Positions 38,401 through 52,576 of a stretch of DNA of 64,000 nt are shown one piece after another. The first letter of the stretch is position 1; every line of letters starts with the position of its first letter. The stretch is taken from NCBI RefSeq assembly GCF_006345805.1, contig NC_043022.1, positions 7,502,001 through 7,566,000 of the forward strand. The letters run 5' to 3'. The notes beneath the pieces were generated by a model. That model saw only the letters and a program-made list of their open reading frames with translations, was not told the origin of the DNA and made no database searches. The position numbers and the translations under genes were made by a program. The stretch comes from Octopus sinensis. Taxonomy: Eukaryota.

Positions 38401-39222
38401 TGCCAAGACTATCGCTATGTTTTTTTTTTTTGTTATTGTTGTTGTTGTTTTATCAAAGTGAAAAGTGAGTCAGAATATATTTTAAGTTGATTGAGCGAAG
38501 CTGGAATGAGTTGAGTTCTCTGTCTATGTCCCTTGGCTGTTGGCGATAAGGTCGACCGGACAACTGAAGCAGAAACAGGTGTCTCCACGACTGTTGTTTT
38601 ATCTCCAGACACACAGGTATTTCCTTGTCCTTTTAACGGCATGTCAACGTTGGAGAAAAGGTCGATCGGACAACGGCCGTGCTGATAACGGCTACTGAAG
38701 CAGAAACAGGTGTCTCCACGACTGCTGTTTTATCTCCAGACACACAGGTATTTCCTTGTCCTTTTAACGGCATGTCAACTTTGGAGAAATTCTTGAATCT
38801 TGAGGTTATCTCCCTCGCTCAATTAGAAATAGCGTTAATTGCCGTTTGGTAATTATGGTACATCCTTCGGTGGCGGATATAATTCTAATAAACCAAAAAT
38901 TTTATATTGCGTGGTATTTCATGTATCTGTAAACATAACCTGCTGTAGAAGTTTATTAATTTGAGTATATTAAATACTATTTAGTTCTTTACTCTTCAAA
39001 GCTTTTTTTACAATTTAAGTATATATTCAGAACAGAAACTGGAAAATCCAGAAATCCGGAACATTTCCACTTGGAAGCTTACCGGATAATTATTCCGGTA
39101 CTGTATATATATAAAGTTAATCCAAACAAGAAAACACAGAAAAAAAGAGAAAAAAACACAGCAACGCGAGGACGTGGAACAATTAAAGTATTATTTGACG
39201 CTCAGGAAAGAAGGGAAGGAGG

Positions 39223-39257
39223 GTTTAACGTTTCGAGCGGAGCTCTTCGTCGGAAAC
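39223..39257 (-). ncRNA. Minimal type I hammerhead-like motif (one core mismatch)
   Basis: Minus strand: GUUU-CCGACGA-A-GAGC(UCC)GCUC-GAAA-CG-UU-AAAC. U4 is replaced by C. Confidence 0.5.
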
Positions 39258-39736
39258 AAGGAGAAGGAAAGATCCCGAGAAGGGAAGACAGAGGAAAGAA
39301 ATATTTTTGCTGGTGGTGCTCAAGAGATCACATGTTGAAAGAACAGGAGTTGAGAGGTAGACGAATCATGATTTTTAAAAACAAGAGAGTTTCAAAGACA
39401 AGGAATGTGTGTGGGTGCGTGTGTGTGTGTGTGTGCAAGGATGACAAGTGTGTTTGTGCGTGCGTGTGTGTGTGTGTATGTATGGTGAATAATATATATA
39501 TATGGACACTAGAAAGGTCGTTGAAGAAGGTGCATTAGGTTGGGGAATTTTTAATAGCAACAAAAGTCACAACAACCAACAAATTTGTAATAAGCACAAC
39601 TACAAAACGGATGAACAATAAACTCGCATTAGACACCATTGAGGTTACGTTTAATTCCTGACTTCAATCCGAGAGTAGACAGGCGGCTGTTGATAAACAA
39701 TACAGAAATCACGACAAGGGATGGAGAGGAAAGAAG

Positions 39737-39779
39737 ATGGCCGACGAAGAGAAGATTTTACAGAATTTCGTATTGTTTT
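39737..39779 (+). CDS. Candidate first coding exon MADEEKILQNFVLF (unverified)
   Basis: AAGATGGCC start context, then a consensus GTAAGT donor at 39780, in unique sequence. Confidence 0.3.
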
Positions 39780-39937
39780 GTAAGTAGACTAGATAAACAC
39801 TGTCAGCTTACGTGTGTATGTGTGTGTGTATGTGTGTGTGTGGTGTGTGTATATATGTGTGTGTGTGTGTTATATACAAACATATATATATTTATAGTAC
39901 ATTATATATATATATATTTATATATATTAGTATATAC

Positions 39938-40000
<63 letters not shown>

Positions 40001-40354
40001 GTATGTATGTATGTATGTATGCGTGTATACACACAGACACACAAACACACACACATACACATATATGTACATACTACATACATACATATATACATACAAA
40101 CAGAGAGATAAAGAGAGAGAGAGAGAATATAGTTACGTGGTATCTATGTTTATCGTATAATCTACATATATACATAGGTATATTATGGGTGTGTGTGTGT
40201 GTGTATACACACACACTCACGCTAACAGAATATGTATATATATACAGAAATATATACCTATAAACGTATCCCTTTAGATATATTTATATATACTTATATA
40301 GATATATATATATATATATAGATACACACATATATATATATATATTTATTTATA

Positions 40355-40397
<43 letters not shown>

Positions 40398-41583
40398 ATA
40401 TATATTTACACATGTAATGTATATATATGTGTGTACCTACATATACACATATAGTTTCATAAATCTAAATATATACATCACTGTTTACACTGATGCTTAC
40501 ATAATTATATATATACATATCTATCTATATATATATATGTATACATACATACATATTTGTGTGTGTGTTTATATATATATATATATATATATATATGCAT
40601 ATATATATATATGTATATATATGTATATATATATATTTATGTATATATTTATATATATATATATATACACACACACAGGTATATATTGACACCTGTACAA
40701 GTGTGTATATACTTAGGTATATGTTGTCACACACATCCCGGTTAATTAGGAATCTCACGGCACGTAAATATTGCCAATGCGAAATATTTGATAACATCTT
40801 TGTACTGATTGCACCTATTGTCTTCCTCGTGTACTTATCTCCATGATTTTGTCTCGTTATACGTAGAATATATACAGACCTCTGTGTGTGTGTGTGTGAG
40901 AGAGAGAGAGACTCTTTGTCCTTGTTAAATATTGTTCCTGCTTGTTTGTGTGTTTCTCTCTTCTCACCGATCTCTCTATGTTTTTTTTTCTTTTTCTCAA
41001 ATCGTCCCATCGTCTCTCTTCAATCGTTTGTGCAGTAACGTCTAGTCGCGTCTTGAAACTCCTTTACAGTCATTTGACTGTGGCCATGCTGGAGCACCGC
41101 CTTTAGTCGAGTAAATCGACCCCTGAGACTTATTCTTTGTAAGCCTAGTACTTATTCTATCGGTCTATTTTGCCGAACCGCCAAGTTACGGGGACGTAAA
41201 CACACCAGCATATGTAGTACGCGTCTCGAAACCACTCTTTTACTTGTTTCAGTCATTTGACTGTGGCCATGCTGGAGCACCGTCTTTTAGTCGAGTAAAT
41301 CGACCCCCTGGACTTATTCTTTGTAAGCCTAGTACTTATTCTATTGGACTGTTTTGCCGAACCGCTAAGTTACGGGGGACTTAAAAACACCAGTATCGGT
41401 TGTCAACACACCAGCATCGGTAAAGACGTTAACACGTAAACACACCAGCATCGGTAGTAGTTATTTGCCGAAGCGCTAAGTTACGTGGACATAAACACAA
41501 CAGTATCCGTTGTCAGGCGATAGCGGGAGACAAAGACAAACACAAAGACACACTATCTCTCCTTCTTTGTCTGTCTGTCTGTC

Positions 41584-41638
<55 letters not shown>

Positions 41639-42255
41639 CCCTCTCTCTCTTTCTCTCTTTCCGCCACACACACATTTATATATGCGCCTCGGACTTCTTT
41701 CAGTTTCTGTCAACCAAATCCACTCACAATGCTTTTAATCGAAATGAGTATTAGATAACCAACCAGCAACTGATGAAGGGTCGTTCTTTATGTTACTTGT
41801 CCTGTTTTCCATTTGTTTTTCTCGTTGTTTGCGTATTCTATCCCTTCGTTTTCGTATTTCATGTTGTCTACTTTATATGGTTTTTCCTTGGGGCTGGCCG
41901 GGTCGGAGTAATATCGAGATTAAACAGCCGAAATTACTAAGATGATCCGGTTCCCGACTGAAGATTAGAGGCTTCGAGTGACCCATCTGTTTTTTTGTGT
42001 CGTCTCCTTTTTGTCCCACTTTGTAATTTATATTTTATATTTAATTTATATATATATATATATACATACATATATGCATACATATATATATATATGTATA
42101 TATATATACATACATATATACTTACATGCACACACACACACATATATATATACAAAGACGTATGTATATATACATATACGTGTGTACATATATATTATAT
42201 CCACACTCCTATGTTTATATATGTATACATACATACACATGTGTATGTATGTATA

Positions 42256-42308
<53 letters not shown>

Positions 42309-43029
42309 ATGTATGTATCACACACGCGCACACACACACACACATACCCACACACACATGCTTGTATATGTGTATTGTACACCCGCACAACCGCAAGACA
42401 TAGTTTCGTATACATAACTACATCGTTGCTCGCATGTAACTCACCTGTGACGTCTGTGTACAGAAACGGAATAAAATCACAATAAACACCACAAAAAAAA
42501 AACAAAACTAAAACAAAACAAAAACAAAACAAAACTAAAACAAAACAAAAAGCCCCAAGAACCTCGACAGCTCTGCGAACGGCTCCACCTTTCCTCTCCT
42601 CCTCCCGCTCCTCCCCTTCCACCTTCCGTCTGTCTCTATCTCACTTCGCCACAGACCAAGCTCTGTTGGTGAGATAGATTCACTGCAAGGTGTTTGTTTT
42701 CTCAATAAACACCGTCTGCTGAGCCTAGTGCAGCGTAACTCTTTGTACGTCCATACATACATACATATATATTTGTGTATGTCTATATACGTGTGTCGCT
42801 GTGTGTATGTTGATTACTCTGTGTTCATGTTTATATATATATATATATATACATATATACATATATATATATATACATATATACACACACACACACATAT
42901 ATATATATTATATATATATATATATATATACACATATATACATATATATACATATATACATATATAATATATATATTACTCTGTGTTCATGTTTATATAT
43001 TATATATTATATATTATATATATATATAT

Positions 43030-43067
<38 letters not shown>

Positions 43068-43082
43068 ATATATATTATATAT

Positions 43083-43167
<85 letters not shown>

Positions 43168-43669
43168 ATATCAAGTGATATCTATGTATCATTTATACGC
43201 AGCTGGATAATTTGATGCGGAGAGGAGGAAGTGTGTTAATGAAGACTGCTAAGAAGAAGCTGAGACAGATGTGGAAAATATTTAAAGAGAAGCAGAGTTG
43301 TTGTCTCTTGTTTTTCTTTCATTGTTGCACTGGTTTCAGTCATTAGATTGCGGCCATACTGGGGCATCGGCTGAAAGAGTTTCTGGTCGAATACATCGAA
43401 CCCCTAGTACTTTTTTCTCTCTTCTCTTTTGCTTTGTTTCTTAAAAACAAACAAACTAACTAACAAAAAAGACTGTTGCCTATTTTATCGATCTCGTTTG
43501 CTGAACTGCTAAAACTGCGAGAACGTAGACTACCCAACACCGGTTGTCAAATGGTGATTAGTGGGTGGACCTGAAGCACAAAGACCCCCCCCATGTATAT
43601 GTGAGCGTGTATGTAGATATATATGTATTTATGTATATATGGATTCGTGTATATATATATATATATATA

Positions 43670-43898
43670 TACTCTTTTTACTCTTTTACTTGTTTCAGTC
43701 ATTTGACTGCGGCCATGCTGGAGCACCGCCTTTAGTCGAACAAATCGACCCCGGGACTTATTCTTTGTAAGCCCAGTACTTATTCTATCGGTCTCTTTTT
43801 GCCGAACCGCTAGGTGACGGGGACTTAAACACACCAGCATCGGTTGTCAAGCAATGCTAGGGGGACAAACACAGACACACAAACACACACATACATAT

Positions 43899-43930
<32 letters not shown>

Positions 43931-44091
43931 CGACAGGCTTCTTTCAGTTTCCGTCTACCAAATCCACTCACAAGGCATTGGTCGGCCCGAGGCTATAGCA
44001 GAAGACACTTGTCCAAGGTGCCACGCAGTGGGACTGAACCCGGAACCATGAGGTTGGTTAGCAAGCTACTTACCACACAGCCTCTCCTGCG

Positions 44092-44094
<3 letters not shown>
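43670..44094 (-). mobile_element. SINE family A, full length
   Basis: End-to-end match to the consensus. Confidence 0.9.
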
Positions 44095-44132
<38 letters not shown>

Positions 44133-44150
44133 TTATATATATATGGATGC

Positions 44151-44198
<48 letters not shown>

Positions 44199-44929
44199 GA
44201 AAGGTTACAATGCATGCATTGAAGCGCTACTTATGGTTTCATATGATGTTGAACATTTTTTTTTTGTTGAATTTTCTATCACGGATCAGTACATAATCCA
44301 TAATAATAAATGCCAATCGAATTTCTGTGTGTCAGTGTATCACACTTTGACCCCTCTCTCTCATTATTCAATGGCATTTCTACTATTCCTCATGTTGGGG
44401 TGAGAGTAATAGTAGCCATAGAGACGGTGAGGTTGGTAGTAGGTTGACAGTTGAGATGGTAATGAGGTGATAGTAATAGTATGAGCTGTAGTTGTGATAG
44501 AGGCGAAGGTGACGGTGATGATGGTGGTGATGGTGATGGTGCTGAGGCGGTCAAGCATGACGGTGATAGAAACGGATGTGAAAGGCAGTGGTGATGGTGA
44601 TGGAGGGGAAGGCAGGGAAGTCAAAGGTATTGATGGTGGTGGTGTTAGAAGTCTGAATGGTGTGTGTATGGCAGTTGTGATAGCGATATTTCTTTATTAT
44701 TATACATGGAAAAATAATACTTCAAATCATTCCAAAAATTTTTGTAACTCGCTCATTTTGGCGATGCAATTTTTACAAAGTGCTTTCACTGCACAAGATT
44801 TTATGTATATATATTGCGGCACTGTGTGTCAGACGGATTTGTGTCATTGTGGCGCGAAGTCTGGTCTTCAAACAGGAAAATGTGCTGAACATTCTCCCGC
44901 TTGACACAACAGAAACAGGCTTGGAACGA

Positions 44930-45400
44930 GATGACATTTTCATCACGAAGGCATATTCATAGCGATCTCAGAAGAACGGTGATTTGGCGAATTAATTCCA
45001 ATGCATCAGTGGGCAAGGTAACTTTTTAGAGCACAAGGTCCAGAGAGCGATTTCCACAGTGTACAAAATATATACCAAGAAACATGTCTTTTAATCTCTT
45101 GCTTAAATGTCTTACCTGAAATGTTTTCGATTATGGTACATGCGCCATCAAAGTCAAAGCGGCATAATTTCGAGAGCTCAATGTTTATGCAACAAAAAAA
45201 CATCCAGAATAACCTTAGTTGGTGTCTCCGAAGTGTAGTCAAGAGAAAATCTTTCTAGACATATTACTTTCAAGAAATATAACAACCATAACTGATTCGT
45301 GTTCCATTCCAGAGCAATCTCATATAATACCAATAAACATGGAATCTTCAACCCTTTTTCTGATCTCATGTAGGGTGTTATGAGTATAGGCTCATATAAT
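44930..45400 (-). mobile_element. Decayed hAT transposase fragment (ZMYM1/Tip100-like)
   Basis: Frameshifted motifs EDSMFIGII*DCSGMEHESV, IELSKLCRFDFDGA, GIYFVHCGNRSLDLVL and TDALELIRQI correspond to the hAT D...D and CxxH region. Confidence 0.75.
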
Positions 45401-45624
45401 CTGACTGTTTGGCAGTCCATCTTTTTATGTACCCATCAATCCATTTGTCCATCCACTTAAATATCCTTGTATGTATGTATGTATGTATGTATGTATGTAT
45501 GTATGTATGCATGCATGTATGTATGTATGTATGTATGTATGTATGCATGCATGTATGTATGTATGTATGTATGTATGCATGCATGCATGTATGTGTGTGT
45601 ATGTATGCATGCATGTATGCATGC

Positions 45625-45702
<78 letters not shown>

Positions 45703-45931
45703 ACACGATCCCTATTAATCGATTTTTTTTTTTTTTTTTTTTTCCTTTTCTTTTTTTTCCTTTTTTTTCTTTTCGTTTTTCTTCTTTTTTTTGCGTTCCT
45801 CTTTCTTTCCTTTTTACGATCCCTTTTGATCGAAAACCAAACCCCTTTTTTTTATCCCCCCAAAAAGAAAAACTCTACCTTGTAATTTGTCCCGTCTGTG
45901 AGCAGCAGCCCTGTGTGGCTAACAAAGAAAC
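45703..45931 (+). mobile_element. Tx1-like family 3' UTR in (TATC)n
   Basis: GATCCC...GATCG hairpins, poly-T tracts and the CTCTACCTTGTAATTT...GCCCTGTGTGGCTAACAAAGAAAC end; (TATC)n on both sides. Confidence 0.7.
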
Positions 45932-46258
45932 ATATCTATCTATTTATCTGTCTGTCTTTCTGTATATCCATCTATCTATCTACCTACCTATGTGTGCACA
46001 TGTGCGCATGCGTGTCTATATGAGGGCAACAGTTGGTCTCGGCATCTATTTATTATTTCTTTCTTTCTTTTTTTCCTGTCCATGTCTGATTTATTTTAAA
46101 ATCTATTTACATAACATCCGTGTCCGTATCATTAATATCGTCTGTAAGGCCTACATTCTTATCTTCACGCACACACGCACACACACACCCTCTCTCGCTC
46201 TCAATATCTCGCTATTTATAAACAGTTCTGACTTTCTAATGATTCTCTCACTCGCTTA

Positions 46259-46292
<34 letters not shown>

Positions 46293-46373
46293 ATATATAT
46301 TTTCCTGTCTCCACCTCCTCTCTCTCTCTCTCTGCCTCTGTCTCACTCTCAGACCACTCTATTAATATATCGT

Positions 46374-46411
<38 letters not shown>

Positions 46412-46424
46412 CATATATATATAT

Positions 46425-46490
<66 letters not shown>

Positions 46491-46589
46491 CTTTCTCTCT
46501 CTCAGTATTTTATAAACTGTTTATTTATCTGCCTTTGTAACATCTATCCCTTTCTCTTTCTCCCTTTCCCTCCCTCCCTCTCTCTCTCT

Positions 46590-46612
46590 CTTTATCTATC
46601 TATCTATCTATG

Positions 46613-46649
<37 letters not shown>

Positions 46650-46776
46650 GTCTGTCTGTCTGTCTGTCTGTTTGTGTGTCTGTGTATCTGTGTGTCTGTC
46701 TGTCTGTCTGTCTGTCTATCTGTCTGTCTGTCTGTCTGTGTCTGTCTGTTTGTCTGTCTGTCTGTGTGTGTCTGTT

Positions 46777-46837
<61 letters not shown>

Positions 46838-47175
46838 GCCTGTCTGTGTCTGTCTGTCTGTCTATCTGTTTGTCTGTCTGTCTGTCTGTCTGCATCCATC
46901 ACTTTTGCCTTCCAAATTTAAACCACGTCTGCGCGTGTGGTTGAAATGTGCATGTGTACCTACCCCCACTCTCTCTCTCTTACACACACCCACATACACA
47001 CACATACACGCACGCACACACGGATGCGCGCACACCCACACACACAAACACGGACGCACACAAACATCCGACACACATACACGGGCGCACACACACACAC
47101 ACACACCACACAAATACACACACACGCACACCCACGTTCATACAGTCTACCACTATACATAAATACATTTAGGCA

Positions 47176-47208
<33 letters not shown>

Positions 47209-47534
47209 GTGTGTATGTATGTATATATGTTTGTATGTGTTTTTCTCTTTGCGTTTGTGTGTGTGTGTGTGTGCGCCAATGTATGTGAGCGTATTTCCAT
47301 GTGTCTGCGTTTATGTGTGAGTGTTCGAGTGCGTGTGTATGTGTGTGCGCGTGGGACACTGCGTCTGTGTGTGTGCGTGTCTGTGTGTATGTATGTGTGG
47401 GCGTGTGTTCCTATGTGTCTGTATTTGTGTGTGTGTGGTGTGTGTGCGTGCGTGTCTGTATTTGTGTGTATGTACGTACGTATGTATATTTGTGTATATG
47501 TGTGTGAAAGTGTTTGTGTGAAAGTGTGTGTGAA

Positions 47535-47569
<35 letters not shown>

Positions 47570-48780
47570 ATATTCCAATTGGTTGGAGAATCTACTTTTT
47601 TCCCCGGTTTCTTTAGTTGCAGTTTGAATAAATTCTTGTTTGTAACACGGAAATATATTTATTTATAGCAAAAAGTCGGCTTCGACTGAGACACACACAC
47701 ACACACACACGCACACACACACACACACATACTCACACGCAGACACATATACATACAGACGTACATACACACACATGCACATATACATACACACGTATAT
47801 ACACAGACACACAAACACACACACACACGCACACACTAACACAAACATACATACATACATACATACATAAGTATACACACAGATACACAAACAAACACAC
47901 ACGCGCGCACACTCACGCGCACATATATAAACAAATGCACACACACAGACACACAAACGCACACACTCACACACACACACAAACGCACACACAGATATAC
48001 ATGCCAATACACAGATAAACACACTCAAACATAAACAGGTTCACATACAAACACACACACACACACACACTCAGAAATACGCAAAGGCATTCACACACAT
48101 ACACACATGCAAACACATTCACATAAACAGAAATATATTCAAACAAACACACACATACACACAGACATACACATCATCACGCACAAACATAAACATGCAC
48201 AGAAGAACACAAACACACACGTACACACACACACACACAAACATAGACACACGCAACACACACTCACACACACACTCATGAGACACACACATATAGAAAC
48301 CGAAACACATACACAACACACACGCACATACACACACACTCACACAGACGTTCATAGAACACACACAACACATACACACACATACAAATCCATACAAGCA
48401 CACATACACACATACAAATCCATCCAAACACATACACACACAAACATAGACACACGCAACACACACTCATGAGACACACACACACACAGACGTTCATAGA
48501 ACACACATAAAACATACACACACATACAAATCCATCCAAACACATACACACACATACACACACATACACACACACAACATAGACACACATAACACACACT
48601 CATGAGACACACACACACATATAGAAACCGAAACACATACACAACATACACGCACATTCACACACACTCACACAGACGTTCATAGAACACACACAACACA
48701 TACACACACATACAAATCCATACAAGCACACATACACACATACAAATACATACAAATACATACACACATACACTCATATT
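46590..48780. repeat. (TATC)/(TGTC)/(TG)/(CA) block with higher-order CA-rich minisatellite
   Basis: CAGACGTTCATAGAACACACA recurs at ~48345, ~48488 and ~48674. Confidence 0.9.
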
Positions 48781-49326
48781 ATTCCGTGTATTATTCTAAA
48801 TTACCGACACCAAAACGAAAGCTTAAACGAAAACAAAACCGTCCACCTGTCTATTTAAAGAATTTGGAAAATGTCTTCTTTTTTGTTCTGCATATTTGTT
48901 CTTAAACAGGTCTTATTTTATTTCCGTTGCAGAAATTATCATTTAGCTTTGTGTCTGGCTCACTTTTCTCCGTTTCGTCACCGATAAACCTGCCACGTTC
49001 CGAATATGGACGTAACGAGTTTTGAACACTAAAAAAAGCAACAAGTAATTTATATGCGTATTTAAGTCTATAAGTATACAGCGATATTCAAACTGGGTTT
49101 GACCAGGCCATGGCTAAATTCATAGCACCGCCTTCAGAGGACACAAAATATCAGTGGTTCCAAACATGGGGTCTGTGAAACTAAATTCAAAATTCCATAT
49201 ACATACATACATACATACATACATACATACATACATGCATATAATATATATTAGACATAAATAGATAACAAAGCCAAGGCTGTGAGGAGTTTTCAGGACA
49301 TATATAACGAAAGTGATATAGATATA

Positions 49327-49374
49327 GTCTTACAGCTGTTTCTGGGATATTATGGATATCCCTTCATCAGAGAC
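49327..49374 (-). ncRNA. Minimal type I hammerhead ribozyme
   Basis: Minus strand: GUCU-CUGAUGA-A-GGGAUAU(CCAUA)AUAUCCC-A-GAAA-CAGCUG-UA-AGAC. Intact CUGAUGA and GAAA, 7-bp stem II, palindromic stem III, GUA triplet, 4-bp stem I. Confidence 0.7.
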
Positions 49375-49504
49375 GATGTGAGATGGTCAAATAGGGGTGT
49401 ATATATATATATATATAGTTGAAATTTACAGAAAAACAAGAGACGAATTCAGGTGTATAAACAACAAATAGCTGTATTAGTTTGATGCTCAGGAAGGCGA
49501 GGAA

Positions 49505-49542
49505 ATATTTCATGTTTCGAGCCTATGCTCTTCAACAGAAAG
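49505..49542 (-). ncRNA. Degenerate hammerhead-like motif
   Basis: Minus strand: CUUU-CUGUUGA-A-GAGC(AUAG)GCUC-GAAA-CAUGAAAU. Its flank is homologous to that of 39223-39257. Confidence 0.35.
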
Positions 49543-49733
49543 AAACACGAGGAAATAATCAGAGAGAAAATTAAAAAAAAAACTTTTGGAGTTAGCGGTC
49601 AATCATATATGTATGTATGTGTATGTATGTATGTATGTATGTATGTATGTATGTATGTATGTATGCATGTATGCATGTATGTATGTATGTATATATATAC
49701 ACACACATATACATATATATATACACACATATT

Positions 49734-49854
<121 letters not shown>

Positions 49855-50199
49855 ATATATATATATATATATATCGTTAAATACATGAATATATTCATGT
49901 TCTCTCTTGAACAATGGAGCAATAACGTTCCTAAATCCATACATCCATATTCGACGTTTCTAGACCTTTACACACTATTACAATAATATCTTTGAACTTT
50001 TGTGTTGTTGCTAATAGTCTGGTTGAATTCTTTCACACTTTTCCACCACAAGATTTTCGACCGTTTAACTTCTAAGTCACTAGTTACGTCTCTATCTGTT
50101 TTGTTGTGGGCAAATATTTTGACCGTTAGGTTTTCATGAACTTAGAAGCAATGTTGTTCCAAACTAGCTCTTGAACGAATTCATATAAAAAGGCTGCAC

Positions 50200-51110
50200 C
50201 AGTATGTTATTGCCACTTCTTGAATATTTAATGTGAGAACACACGTCTCCTGTATTAGAGCAATCAATCTTATTCTTAATACTAACCTTTTAAATACCAG
50301 ACATATTTGGAGAGTGCTGTTGAATTAAGTTTTTCTTTGTGTCTAAATGTATACATATACTGCAAAATTCTAAATGGATTTTCAGCAAGCTCTAAATAAC
50401 ATTTTGTTTCGACGTTCTTTTCTTTCACTGTTATTTGCAAAAGAAATATTATCTCGAAAACCTTGATTTACTAATACACATGGTACTGAGAAGAACATAT
50501 ATGGCTTGTTGGAATGACACGGAGAACTGTTTTCCATGGTTTTTACTGCAATAATTTTATTACTGTTTACCATGAAAGCATAGACATTTTCTGTACTACA
50601 TTAGCTCACCTTAACTTTATTTTTAATAAATATCTTACGATATCTATGGTCTATAGGGAAATGCTTATTTATAACGTTACAAAATTCCTGGCAACGTTTG
50701 AATGAGCATTTGTACTATAGGGGGCATATAATATTTCATTTCCTAATTTTGTAGTTACGAATATTTTTGTAGCTGTGAAAAAGTGTTATTCTATATCAAT
50801 TCTTGTAGACCATCTTCGAAGCCACTGCATTTTAATACGGCATTTTAATAATCAGAGCTGACTTTAAGGCGTCCTCGTCAGACTATAAACTGAAAATGCA
50901 GTTAATGTTTATGAGAGCTCCGTTAATGGCGTGTTCGTAAGAAAATAAAATGGATGTGCACTTGGTATTAAATAGAATTTTTTATGTATTATGATAGGGT
51001 AGTTGATACTTATAAGAATATTTTATAGCTTTTCTTAAGCTTCACCCCAGGGCAGCATATATCAATGTCGAAATCTACGGTTAAATTTAAAATGTTAATG
51101 ATATCCAGAC
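50200..51110 (-). mobile_element. Penelope-like element remnant (RT thumb/linker plus GIY-YIG endonuclease)
   Basis: With frameshifts: NILNLTVDF...SDEDALKSA...ILYAPYSTNAHSNVARNF...INKHFPIDHRYRKIFIKNKVKVS*CS...CYLELAENPFRI...FRHKEKLNSTALSKYVWYLK. This matches the PLE pattern NPPYS..V.TNI..F..LIDKHFP...KIFN.NTVKVSYSC...ST.LSKYIW.LK. Confidence 0.85.
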
Positions 51111-51237
51111 TGGAATTTAATTTAGTTGTGCAAGTAATAGGCAAAGTGAAACTCGGAGTTGCGGTTCAAACGTAGACGCCCCAGCATGGCTGCAGCTCTC
51201 GAGCTGAACTTAGTAAAATGAAACAAAAAAAGAAATA

Positions 51238-51470
51238 TCTATTTCTTTACTACCCACAAGGGGCTAAACACAGAGGGGACAAACAAGGACAGACAAACGG
51301 ATTAAGCCGATTACATCGATCCCAGTGCGAAACTGGTACTGTATTTATCGACCCCGAAAGGATGAAAGGCAAAGTCTTCCACGGCGGAATTTGAACTCAG
51401 AACGTAACGTCAGACGAAATACCGCTAAGCATTTCGCCCGGCGCGCTAACGTTTCTGCCAGCTCGCCGCC
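51238..51470 (-). mobile_element. SINE family B, full length
   Basis: End-to-end match to the other family B copies. Confidence 0.9.
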
Positions 51471-51804
51471 TTAAAAACAGAAATATATATTTGTATATAC
51501 ACATATACATTCCCTCCCCTTTCACACAGTTGTGGTGATAGCCAGGAACACCCCTTAGGATTAAAAGTTGGACTCGTCGAACTCTTATAAAAGAGTAATG
51601 TGTGTCGTTGAGACGACAGGGGGCGTTTTGGAGTCTCGCGTAGCAATGTTACGTCGGGCAGATACATTGCTCTACCTCCGCTTCATTTAAATCATATATC
51701 CAAACGTAAGGATATGAAACACACACATACCCATTCTCTCTCGCTCACACTGAAACACACTCTCCGCTCTAATACACACTTTCACACAAACTCTAACGCA
51801 CGCA

Positions 51805-51850
<46 letters not shown>

Positions 51851-52255
51851 CACACGCACATGTTAAAAGCTATATTTATGCTGTTTCGCTATGTGGTTTG
51901 CAAGATTCTTGATGCGAACTTGTATCGCGGTAGGGTCATTATTGCATTAATAAACACACACACTGGTTGTATATTACTCATCTATTTATATTTGTAAATT
52001 AGTTTACTTTCAAACCCATTAACTAATCGATTGCTTGAATTACCAATCAATCAATCAATCAATCTCTCTATCTACCAACCATCCTACCTACGTACCTACC
52101 TACCTACGTACCTACCTACGTACCTACCTACCCACCTACCTACCTACGTACCTACCTACCCACCTACCTACCTACCTACCTACCTACCTACATACATACA
52201 TACCTACCTACCTATCTATCTATCTATCTCTATCTATCTATCTATCTATCTATCT

Positions 52256-52455
52256 ATTTTTTTTTTCCTCTCCTCCTTTTTTTTAACCCCCCTTTTTTCG
52301 TCCTCTTTCTCTCCTTTTACGATCCCTTTTGATCGAAACTCCCCTTCCTTTTTTTTTTTTTAAACCTTCAAAAGAAAAGCTCTACCTTGTAATTTGTTCT
52401 ATCTTGTGCACAGCCCTGTGTGGCTAATAAAGAAACATACTATCTATCTATCTAC

Positions 52456-52523
<68 letters not shown>

Positions 52524-52525
52524 TG

Positions 52526-52576
<51 letters not shown>

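Noticed and set aside
48880-49035. Exon-like readings on both strands (KLSFSFVSG... on +; VQNSLRPYSERG... on -)
   Set aside because: Neither strand has both convincing splice sites and a recognisable peptide.
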